Positions 1 through 7,630 are shown, numbered from the stretch's first letter. The stretch is 11,024 bases of DNA from Candidatus Bathyarchaeota archaeon (GCA_963815095.1 CAWFFH010000002.1:1-11024); one strand, 5' to 3'. Made by a program: numbers and translations. Notes: generated by a model from the sequence alone, not told the origin.

Positions 1-2
1 CT

Positions 3-698
3 GCGCTATCTCAACCGATTTTTCCACTGAACCTAAGAAACGTGAATGAGATTTTTCCAGGATTCGCATTAGGCGATTTTGCAGTTCTACAAGGTTCGTC
101 TGTTTCGTCTTTAACTTCCTTATTGTGCGTAAAATCCCAACTTCCAACCCAACTAGGCGGATTACAAAGCAATGTTATCTTCATTGATGGCGGCAACACA
201 TTTGGACTCTACCAAATCGCCAGACTTGCGCAACTTTGCCATCTTAACCCCAAACAGGTTTTAGACAACATCTACATTTCAAGAGCCTTCACAGCCTACC
301 AAGCAACCTCGCTAATTATGCATCATCTAAAGGAATCAATCAAAAAATACAACGCTAAACTGGTCATAATCTCAGATATTGCCGGATTCTTCTTAGACAA
401 AGACATTCCTGAAGATGAAGCCCAACACATATTCAGCCAAATTACGACTTATCTTTCAAACTTTGCAAGAGAAACCCAAACAATAATAATTGCAACCTAT
501 CCCCAACACCCAAACACCACACGAAACAGCTCTCTGCAAACCCTAACAAATGCCAAAGCAAATGTTGTTCTTTCTTTGAGAAGAACCAGTTATTCCAGGC
601 AATTTGTTTTAGAAAAACATCCTTACCTATCCTCAAAAGTTGCTGAACTGCCTTCAGAAGATTTAACGTTGGTGGATTTTGCGGAGGGTAATGCATAA
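3..698 (+). CDS. Inactivated RadA/Rad51-like protein associated with PolB2 (iRadA-type), probably 5'-partial
   Basis: RecA/RadA-fold motifs VIFIDGGNTF, LDNIYISRAFTAYQ and LVIISDI (Walker B-like). The Walker A region is degenerate (VLQGSSVSSLTS, no GKT). The frame is open from position 3 (ALSQPIFPLNLRNVNEIFPGF), so the true start probably lies outside the window rather than at GTG 42. Confidence 0.85.
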   Translation, partial: ALSQPIFPLNLRNVNEIFPGFALGDFAVLQGSSVSSLTSLLCVKSQLPTQLGGLQSNVIFIDGGNTFGLYQIARLAQLCHLNPKQVLDNIYISRAFTAYQATSLIMHHLKESIKKYNAKLVIISDIAGFFLDKDIPEDEAQHIFSQITTYLSNFARETQTIIIATYPQHPNTTRNSSLQTLTNAKANVVLSLRRTSYSRQFVLEKHPYLSSKVAELPSEDLTLVDFAEGNA

Positions 699-955
699 TG
701 GGGAAAACTGTTGAATCTTACCGGATGGCCATTGAGGATGAAATATCCCGGTGGAGCGGTTTTGGAAAAGCCTTGCGAATCGAAGATAAGGCAGCATTCG
801 ATGCGTTAATGGATGCTTGCCGAAGCTATGCATCAGCTGGAAGCAATGCTACAAATCCTATTCTTTTCGAACCCATGATCATGTCCATTTTACTCTCACA
901 GCAAGTAAAGATCAGCCGATTAGAGAAGGCATTGAATGCTATCAAGCAGCCCTAA
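698..955 (+). CDS. Small alpha-helical PolB2-associated protein (arCOG07300/PPB2-like)
   Basis: 85 aa, MGKTVESYRMAIEDEISRWSGFGKALRIEDKAAFDALMD...FEPMIMSILL. TAATG stop/start overlap with the upstream gene and a 20-nt overlap with the polymerase. Size, sequence and position fit the small protein known from polB2 neighbourhoods. Confidence 0.8.
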   Translation: MGKTVESYRMAIEDEISRWSGFGKALRIEDKAAFDALMDACRSYASAGSNATNPILFEPMIMSILLSQQVKISRLEKALNAIKQP

Positions 956-3212
956 AATCCGCGGCTGGATATTTGACGTTTACCCGGACAACATTGGCGA
1001 AATGGCAGTCTGGATAATTAGCGAAAATGGCCAAAGAATCAGATTAACAGACAAGTTTCAGCCAAAAATCTACGTTTCAGGCAAAAAAGAAGATGTCGAA
1101 AAACTCGTAGGGCGCATCTATTCCAACGAAAATATTGCCAATTGGTGTTTTGTTTACAAGTATGCGAACCCGATGGATGCAGAAAAATCAAGAGTTCTAG
1201 AGATAACGCTCAAGGATTGCAGAAAGGTTTCATCCTTAACCAATCAAATCCTCAAATTAGGTGACTACTTGACTTATGAAGTTCACAACTGCGATCTGAA
1301 GGGAGATAGAACCTACTTTTTTGAGCATGATTTGTTTCCGCTTGCTTTCTTAGAAGTCGAAGTCCTAAAAACAGGCCTAAAATACACTCTACTAGATTCT
1401 GTTGAGAGTATTGATTATTCGATTCCGCCGCTGAGAATAATGCAGTTAAGGGTTGAAATCGCTAAATCGGGGAAAATCGCAAGTCCTCAAGATCCCATAG
1501 CAAGTATTATTCTAAATGAACAAATAATCATTGATTCGGGTGATGAGGGAGAAAAACTTCTGCAGTTAAGCAAGATGGTGAAGGAATTTGACCCAGACAT
1601 TATAGTAACCAATGGCGGAGATTCCTACCTTTTCTCTTACATGCTCCAACGGGCAATCATCAGCGAAGTGTCTGATAAGTTTATTTTAAGCCGGGATGAG
1701 GTGCCTTTTGTTCCTAAAGCAGCGCAGGGGAAGACCTTCTTTTCCTATGGACGTACATTTTACAGAGCAGCAACCATTCGATTGTATGGAAGAGTTCACA
1801 TCGATGCAGGAAACACCTTCATTTTGAATGAAGCCAGCTTTCAAGGCCTATATGAAATTGCAAGGACTTGCAGAGCACCCTTGCATACTTCTTCTCGATC
1901 GTCAATTGGATCAAGCATGTCTTCGTTACAGTTCTACCAAGCCTTTAAACAAGAAATTCTGATTCCAAGAAACAAAAGCATCCCTGAAGCCTTCAAATCA
2001 GCCTATGAGCTTCTTGTTGCAGACCGCGGCGGTTTTGTTTATGAACCAAAAGTAGGCATTCACGACAATACGGGGGAAGTGGATTTTTCCTCGATGTATC
2101 CAAGCCTAATGGTTAACAACAACATCTCAGCGGAAACGGTCCTTTGTAAGTGTTGCCCAGACTCACACTTACGCATCCCCGAGCTCAACTACAATATATG
2201 CGAGAAACGTGAGGGAGTTGTTCCTAAGGCATTGAGGCTTGTTGTCCGCAAACGATTAGATTACAAGCGATTAAGAGATAAAACCACGGACCCAAAACTC
2301 AAGGAGATGTACGATAATCGGCAGACTGCTTTGAAATGGATTTTGGTTACATGTTTCGGTTATTTGGGTTATAGAAACGCGAAGTTTGGAACGGTGGATG
2401 GGCACATTGGGGTATGTGCCTTTGGGAGAGAAGCGTTTCTTAGGACTGCTCGGATTTCTGAAGGTTTAGGCTTTGAGGTGCTCCATGGAATTGTTGATTC
2501 TTTGTGGCTGAAAAAAGACGATGCTACCTTGGACGAATATCATGAATTGTGCAATTATGTAAGCAAGATTATTGAGGTTCCGCTGAATTTTGAGGGACGA
2601 TACAAATGGATTGTCTTCTTGCCCTCCAAGATGCATCCTAACATTGGCGTCTTAAACCGTTACTATGGGGTTATGGAAAGCGGAAAATTAAAAGTCAGAG
2701 GCTTAGAAGTACGCAAACACGACACTCCAAAGTTTGTTTACAACGCCCAAATGGATATGATAAACGTGTTTTCCACAGCTAACAACTCAACGGAGTTTAT
2801 GCAAAAGATTCCTCAAGCATTCGACGTTGTAAGGGCTTATCGACAGAAGCTACTTGATGGTGATGTGCCCATCGGCGATTTGATCATTTCTAAGCATCTA
2901 TCGAAAAACCCCATGCATTACAAACAGCACGTCAGCCAAGTAATCGCCGCTGAGCAATTAATCAAGGAAGGCGGCGAAGTCCATGCGGGCAACAGTGTAA
3001 AGTTTGTTTTCACCCATTCAGAAGATAAACGACATGAGCGCAGGGTAAAAGCAGCGCAACTTATTGTAGAAGATACTAACCCAGACAACAAAAAGTACCT
3101 GTCTTTACTCTATGCCTCGGCAGCCAATTTGCTTAGCTTCGCAGGCTACACAACTCAATCGGTCTATGAAACAATCTCAGGACAAAACCAAAAGAGTATC
3201 TTGGGATATTAA
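936..3212 (+). CDS. polB2: Family B DNA polymerase, archaeal PolB2 group
   Basis: 758 aa. Motif A VDFSSMYPS; motif B RQTALKWILVTCFGYLGY (KxxxNSxYG altered); motif C HGIVDSLW (YGDTDS altered); also NRYYG and KVRGLEVRKHD. Exonuclease motifs are degenerate (LRVE for FDIE; NGGDSYL). N-terminal GWIFDVYP. Confidence 0.93.
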   Translation: MLSSSPKIRGWIFDVYPDNIGEMAVWIISENGQRIRLTDKFQPKIYVSGKKEDVEKLVGRIYSNENIANWCFVYKYANPMDAEKSRVLEITLKDCRKVSSLTNQILKLGDYLTYEVHNCDLKGDRTYFFEHDLFPLAFLEVEVLKTGLKYTLLDSVESIDYSIPPLRIMQLRVEIAKSGKIASPQDPIASIILNEQIIIDSGDEGEKLLQLSKMVKEFDPDIIVTNGGDSYLFSYMLQRAIISEVSDKFILSRDEVPFVPKAAQGKTFFSYGRTFYRAATIRLYGRVHIDAGNTFILNEASFQGLYEIARTCRAPLHTSSRSSIGSSMSSLQFYQAFKQEILIPRNKSIPEAFKSAYELLVADRGGFVYEPKVGIHDNTGEVDFSSMYPSLMVNNNISAETVLCKCCPDSHLRIPELNYNICEKREGVVPKALRLVVRKRLDYKRLRDKTTDPKLKEMYDNRQTALKWILVTCFGYLGYRNAKFGTVDGHIGVCAFGREAFLRTARISEGLGFEVLHGIVDSLWLKKDDATLDEYHELCNYVSKIIEVPLNFEGRYKWIVFLPSKMHPNIGVLNRYYGVMESGKLKVRGLEVRKHDTPKFVYNAQMDMINVFSTANNSTEFMQKIPQAFDVVRAYRQKLLDGDVPIGDLIISKHLSKNPMHYKQHVSQVIAAEQLIKEGGEVHAGNSVKFVFTHSEDKRHERRVKAAQLIVEDTNPDNKKYLSLLYASAANLLSFAGYTTQSVYETISGQNQKSILGY

Positions 3213-3223
3213 ATGAAAAAAGA

Positions 3224-3507
3224 AATTCTCAATTTCGTTGCATGGAAATAGCTAACATGGCAAAAGCTGACAACAAAGAAACTGAAACAGTTAGACTGTT
3301 GAAACAGGTTTTAGTCGAGTGGAAAAGAAGGTGTTAAGCTAGTTTAGCCGTGTGCTAACGTCGATAAGGCAAAAGAGGGGCACATACATGCTTATCTCTT
3401 ATTAGCAGCCAAACCAGCCCAACTATAGGGGCTTGTCGGACTATGTCTGACCAGTATTACCGATTGAAAATAATATAAAATAATGCTGTCACAAACTGAA
3501 ACAACAA
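3224..3507. repeat. 284-bp direct repeat, copy 1
   Basis: Aligns without gaps to 8876-9159 (offset 5652). Mismatches only at 3230/8882, 3250/8902, 3316/8968 and 3320/8972. Confidence 0.97.
3322..3452 (-). ncRNA. Putative structured small RNA within repeat copy 1 (unassigned family)
   Basis: 15-bp stem GGGCUGGUUUGGCUG (3420-3406) / CGGCUAAACUAGCUU (3350-3336), fully paired only on the minus strand through G.U pairs. Inner helices CUAA/UUAG and GAUAAG/CUUAUC. TTTTATAT lies about 25 nt upstream and CUUCUUUUCC downstream. Ends are estimated. Confidence 0.5.
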
Positions 3508-3592
3508 AAATAACTATCCTCGCTAAAACCGTTGGATGCTATTTCAAAGAAAAGTTTACCTGTTTTGGGAGAGAGGGCGTTCTTGGGTCATG

Positions 3593-4537
3593 CTAATGCA
3601 TTAGGGGTGGAGCAAGTTCGGGCATGTCGTTTTTGAGAGTCATCATGTCCGAAAGGAGGTTTTCTGTTCCGCACCAGTATTTTCCTTCTCTTTCAATGGC
3701 ACCAGCGACATGTAGTCGTCTTAGGTAGTTAACAAGAACGGAGTCGTTGATTCTTCCGTATGTTGTTCGGTAGTATTGCATGATTGATTCTGTGGATAAG
3801 CAGATTTGTTCCTCTGCCTCGATAGCTGGTCTATAGATGCAGCTATCAATGTGGATTGAAGGCTGGAAACGGCTAATTTCGAAAACCTGTCGTAGGGCAG
3901 TGTAGTTTTTCCTTAGCAGTTCTGAGATTATGGCTTTTCTAAAACCTTCTTCCTGAAACTTTTCGTCTTCATATTTTTGATGCAATAGCCAATATGTTTC
4001 ACAGGTTTCAGCGATTTCCCCATTTTGGTGGATGATGTTCATAGCTTCGAGAAGCTGTAGGTATTGCTTGATTTTTGCTTGACTTTTTGCTGAGCGATGC
4101 CTTAGTAAATCGTCTATTGGCACGGATTCGTTTTCCAGAAAAGCACTTAGGATTTGGTCTATAGGCGTAAAGAAGTGACGAAACTCTGGAATTTGCACCA
4201 GACAATCAGCTGAGGCTTGAACAACTATCCGTTCTGTACGATCATAATAAGTTTTCAATAAGCATTGTATATTCTCGAGGCATTTTTCTCGGGGGGTTGA
4301 TTCACCACTTAGCAGACCCAGATTTTCATCAAAACTCACTTGACCTATCTGCTTGATAGGAATAAAATGTAGCAACACATCCTCGGGGCAACGATCATCT
4401 TGCAAATATATTGGATAGTCACTCTTTATGTTCGCGACCCATTTCCGGGCTTCTTTATCAAACTCGGGATTCTCTGCGCTGATATGAAGCCCATACTTGT
4501 GCAGAACATAACTTTTGATTGTTCTTTGCGCGCTCAA
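3593..4537 (-). CDS. Hypothetical protein with two probable winged-helix domains
   Basis: 314 aa. TTG start 1 nt after the peptidase stop, preceded by GGAGG. wHTH-like segments PIDDLL...KIKQYLQLLEAMNIIHQNGE and STESIM...VLVNYLRRLHVAGAIEREGKYW. Fold called by eye. Confidence 0.75.
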   Translation of the reverse strand: MSAQRTIKSYVLHKYGLHISAENPEFDKEARKWVANIKSDYPIYLQDDRCPEDVLLHFIPIKQIGQVSFDENLGLLSGESTPREKCLENIQCLLKTYYDRTERIVVQASADCLVQIPEFRHFFTPIDQILSAFLENESVPIDDLLRHRSAKSQAKIKQYLQLLEAMNIIHQNGEIAETCETYWLLHQKYEDEKFQEEGFRKAIISELLRKNYTALRQVFEISRFQPSIHIDSCIYRPAIEAEEQICLSTESIMQYYRTTYGRINDSVLVNYLRRLHVAGAIEREGKYWCGTENLLSDMMTLKNDMPELAPPLMH

Positions 4538-4538
4538 T

Positions 4539-5096
4539 CTAACTATCCTCCCGAGTAAATTCCTGTAATTTAGTTTGCTTTCTCTTTTCTACCTCAAGCA
4601 ATATTAAGGTTTTATCCACATTTTCATTCTCCCATTGAGAAATAAACGTTACTACATTCTCATTTCTTTGCCCACGTGCGGGGTCATTAACTGTAACAAC
4701 GCCTTTTTCTCGGTCAATATCGATGATTACCACTGAATGTCCACATCCAATGTTGCTGTTGCGTTTGTCGGTTATCCAAATCCAAGCTATGACGGGGTTT
4801 CCTTTTTCATTTTCTTTCAGAACAGTTTTCCAGTCAGAAGGATATTTAGCGATAAACCGAATGCAAAAGTTTGAGGTAACCAGAGAGTCATTAATTAAAG
4901 AAATGTTGTCGATGGTTGTTTGGCCGCCGCTTTTTGTGTCAGTTCTTATTTGCTTGGCTATCTTGTTTATAGGAACATTAGGTATTTCTTTTTCGCCATA
5001 AACTTGCCGCAAATAGTCTATAATCATCTTCATGCAGGCAGGCACACAGTAATCGGGGTGTGGCTGACGGTAAAGTGGCACGTTTATTCTTGGCAC
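4539..5096 (-). CDS. C39-like (papain-fold) cysteine peptidase, stand-alone, no signal peptide
   Basis: VPLYRQPHPDYCVPAC (oxyanion Gln, catalytic Cys), GHSVVI (His) and VNDPARG (Asp). GTG start. Confidence 0.88.
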   Translation of the reverse strand: MPRINVPLYRQPHPDYCVPACMKMIIDYLRQVYGEKEIPNVPINKIAKQIRTDTKSGGQTTIDNISLINDSLVTSNFCIRFIAKYPSDWKTVLKENEKGNPVIAWIWITDKRNSNIGCGHSVVIIDIDREKGVVTVNDPARGQRNENVVTFISQWENENVDKTLILLEVEKRKQTKLQEFTREDS

Positions 5097-5120
5097 GCAC
5101 TGATTATCTGTTCACTTTCC

Positions 5121-5132
5121 ATATAAGCTTTA
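5121..5132 (-). promoter_or_regulatory. Probable BRE/TATA promoter of the peptidase-wHTH operon
   Basis: Minus strand reads AAAGCTTATAT 25-35 nt upstream of the GTG at 5096, which fits a leaderless archaeal transcript. Confidence 0.5.
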
Positions 5133-5328
5133 ATGAGTTGCTATTTGAAGCAGTAAGACTTTTCCATAAGATCGAGCATTTCCAAGATACCTACCATTAC
5201 CTTCTCAGAGATAGACTGCTGAAGGTCAACCTGTTTGGATGGTTCCCCAAAAATAGTTTTGCCAATAAAGATTGATAGAGGGCGAAGCTGCAGTTCAGGA
5301 AAAACAAAATTCGATATAACCGCAAGGC

Positions 5329-6624
5329 CTAAGAAAATGATCCAAAAATGCCCGACTTTGTTTTTACTGATTTCCGCCGAAGGACTAAGAGAATTATTAG
5401 GGCAACAATTACAACTGCAGCAACAACTGGGATTATTATATATTGGCTGTTAAGCGATGTTGATGGAGAAGCACCCATGGCATAGATATTGTTGCCGCCT
5501 GCAATGTATAGAACACCGTTGACAATGGCAGCAGACGCCCCAACATAATTACCAGTTGTGTAGCTCCAGAGTTTTGTGCCGTTAGTAGCGCTTAATGCGT
5601 AAACAGCTTTTTCGCCGCCTATGTAGACAGTGTCGTCGTTAACTGCAGGCGATGATGTAATTGAGTTGCCTATGGTATAATTCCACAGCTTATCGCCGCT
5701 TGCAGAGTTCAAAGCGTAAACGTTGCCGTCATGAGAGCTTATGTACATTATGCCTTCGTTAACTGCAGGCGATGACTCAATATAGCCACCTGTGCTGTAA
5801 TTCCAGAGTTGAGCTCCATTTTCAGCGTTCAAAGCAAAAATTGTGTTACCGCCGCCCCCAATGTATACCACGCCATCGACAACGGCTGGCGAAGAAACAA
5901 GTTCCTTGCCTGAACCGCCAGTGGTATAATTCCAAAGCTTAGCGCCATTAGCGGCATTCAATGCGTAAACGTCGCCAAACCATGAGCCTACATAGACCAC
6001 ATTATCAACAACAGCAGGTGATGAGCCAACGTAGAAAGGCGTTGTATAGTTCCAAAGTTTAGCGCCGTTTGTGGCATTTAGGGCATACACGTTGGAGTCT
6101 TGGGAGCCTACGTAGACGACCCCGTTTACAACGGTTGGAGAGGAAATAACTAAGTCTCCAGTTGTGTGGTTCCAGAGCTTTTCCCCAGTGGTGGCGTTCA
6201 CAGCGTAAACGTTGTAATCGAGTGAGCCTATATAGACCACGCCGTTGGCAACAGCGGGGGATGAAGCAACCGTGGGTGGGATTACACCGCCTTGGAAAAT
6301 ACCCCCAATGTTGAAATTCCAGAGTTTATCTCCGTTAGTGGCGTTTAGGGCATAGAGGTTTTTGTCATCTGAGCCTATGTACACCACGCCATTGCTAACG
6401 GCAGGCGATGAAACAATAGAGTTGCCAGCGGTGTATTTCCAGATTAGCGTTGAGGTAAGCACCGCATTGTTAGTTGCAACACCACTATGGGATGGGTCCG
6501 CATGGAACATAGGCCAGTCACCAGAAGCAAAGGCGGCTTGAACGTAATATTCAAAGGATGTTGCAGTTGTCGCTGTGATCAGGATTACCGAAATTAGAGT
6601 TATTGCTATTACTTTCTTGTTCAT
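5329..6624 (-). CDS. PQQ-like (BamB-type) beta-propeller repeat surface protein with signal peptide and C-terminal membrane anchor
   Basis: N-terminal MNKKVIAITLISVILI, a DWPMFHAD motif, and eight ~40-aa repeats (LWNYTTG..V.SSPAV.NGVVYIGS.D.NVYALNA.NG). C-terminal IIIPVVAAVVIVALIILLVLRRK. Many N-x-S/T sequons. The 120-nt DNA periodicity is visible, e.g. TCGTTAACTGCAGGCGATGA at 5636 and 5756. Confidence 0.93.
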   Translation of the reverse strand: MNKKVIAITLISVILITATTATSFEYYVQAAFASGDWPMFHADPSHSGVATNNAVLTSTLIWKYTAGNSIVSSPAVSNGVVYIGSDDKNLYALNATNGDKLWNFNIGGIFQGGVIPPTVASSPAVANGVVYIGSLDYNVYAVNATTGEKLWNHTTGDLVISSPTVVNGVVYVGSQDSNVYALNATNGAKLWNYTTPFYVGSSPAVVDNVVYVGSWFGDVYALNAANGAKLWNYTTGGSGKELVSSPAVVDGVVYIGGGGNTIFALNAENGAQLWNYSTGGYIESSPAVNEGIMYISSHDGNVYALNSASGDKLWNYTIGNSITSSPAVNDDTVYIGGEKAVYALSATNGTKLWSYTTGNYVGASAAIVNGVLYIAGGNNIYAMGASPSTSLNSQYIIIPVVAAVVIVALIILLVLRRKSVKTKSGIFGSFS

Positions 6625-6679
6625 ACCGCACCATGGTTATTTTATCTGCGTTAAGTTAAAAGTGTTCTCGTACAACTTT

Positions 6680-6711
6680 CTTGACTAAACCCAGTCAAGG
6701 TTTCTTAACTA
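6680..6711. promoter_or_regulatory. Palindromic motif CTTGACT-N6-AGTCAAG-N4-CTTAACT, copy 1
   Basis: Seen directly. 6681-6711 is 27/31 identical to 8810-8840. Lies ~57 nt upstream of the beta-propeller start. Confidence 0.65.
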
Positions 6712-7135
6712 AGAAATAGAGGATGGCTACACCAAATCGCTGGAAAAGGTCATTTCGACTTTGAGGTATTTCGATGCCGTCTGTAAAGAAGCATTGAAAT
6801 AAGCCCTAAAAATGCTATCAAGACAATTGCGATTATATCAGTTAATGAGACAATTGCAGGACAAAACCAAAAAAAACCCTCAGATTACTAAAACAGCGCT
6901 TTTTCAAAAGGAATGCGGCTCAAATATATCGAAGGACTAATCAAAGATCGTATACCTGTGGCTAGAGAAACTGAGCAAGTAGTGTTCGACGCTGTGGCTT
7001 TGCCCTGCCCCTTGCCACCTAGAGGGAGACTGTTGAGGGCATCCCCGTTTGGACGCCGCCCAAAAAATAACTTGCCAGGTATTGGAAAAAAAGGTTGGAT
7101 TAGTTTTAAAAGCAAACACGAATATAGAGTTAGTC

Positions 7136-7630
7136 ATGGCTGTTGAGAAACAAGGCTTTTCCCGTAGGAATTGGAAGCGAATAGTATACTACTCGATAAT
7201 TTTTTCAACATTTATTGCGATAACTTTTTGGGTGTATCTTCAGGAAATTAACCACTTAATTGAGAATGACACTGCTAATTTCATCAATAATGTCACTTAT
7301 ATTACCTATTTTACTCTAATATTTTTAGAGCCATTTTCACGAGATAAAAAAAGAGCGTACCTTGTTCGCAAGACAACACCATTTGTAATACCTATTTTTG
7401 CTGTCAGTTTAGGGCTCCTTTACTTAGACTATAATTTAGTGATCAATAAAACAATAAATGAAATTGAATACCTAAACCAATACACCATAATACTGGTCGC
7501 TTACTTCCTTTGCTATATACTAGTTTATGGTTTGTTCTGGATTCAAGACTGGAGAAGAGAAAGAAAAAACAATTACCTGAATAACACTATCCCGCCAAGC
7601 ATTCCGCCTCCACCCCGCCATAGAGCTTAG
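7136..7630 (+). CDS. Hypothetical integral membrane protein (about 4 TM segments, Pro-rich C-terminal tail)
   Basis: Four hydrophobic segments and a tail TIPPSIPPPPRHRA. ATG 7136 is preferred over TTG 7049 because TTTTAAAA at 7104-7111 lies 25-30 nt upstream. 164 aa. Confidence 0.75.
   Translation: MAVEKQGFSRRNWKRIVYYSIIFSTFIAITFWVYLQEINHLIENDTANFINNVTYITYFTLIFLEPFSRDKKRAYLVRKTTPFVIPIFAVSLGLLYLDYNLVINKTINEIEYLNQYTIILVAYFLCYILVYGLFWIQDWRRERKNNYLNNTIPPSIPPPPRHRA

Noticed and set aside
3330-3420. H/ACA guide RNA (ACA just after the stem) or Y-RNA-like identity for the stem-loop
   Set aside because: The basal stem is too long for the 14-16 nt pocket-to-ACA rule and there is no canonical k-turn. 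The Y RNA resemblance is limited to GGCUGGU...ACUAGC, without the bulged C.
3416-3436. GCCC...GGGGCTTG resembling an IS200/IS605 terminal hairpin
   Set aside because: The similarity is short and no tnpA, tnpB or iscB remnant is visible. It is kept only as an alternative explanation for the repeat.
3279-3470. CRISPR-like repeat endings (CTGAAAC, TTGAAAC, ATTGAAA)
   Set aside because: No regular repeat-spacer periodicity and no cas genes in the window.
11-5453. Shadow ORFs 11-199, 442-696, 817-1017, 4008-4205, 4723-5001, 4920-5126, 5060-5275 and 5235-5453
   Set aside because: They are antisense or out-of-frame overlaps of better-supported genes, with no protein-family signal.
5450-6450. 120-bp tandem DNA repeats as an independent array or DGR template/variable pair
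   Set aside because: Fully explained by beta-propeller blades. No reverse transcriptase or adenine-specific variation was seen.
6990-7061. HDV-like ribozyme (GGGCAAAGCCAC resembles J4/2-P2)
   Set aside because: There is not enough sequence between the P2 strands for P3, L3, P1 and P4.
6888-7146. Short overlapping ORFs 6913-7146(+), 6888-7115(-) and 6937-7137(-)
   Set aside because: No recognisable motifs. They overlap each other and the probable promoter of the 7136 gene.
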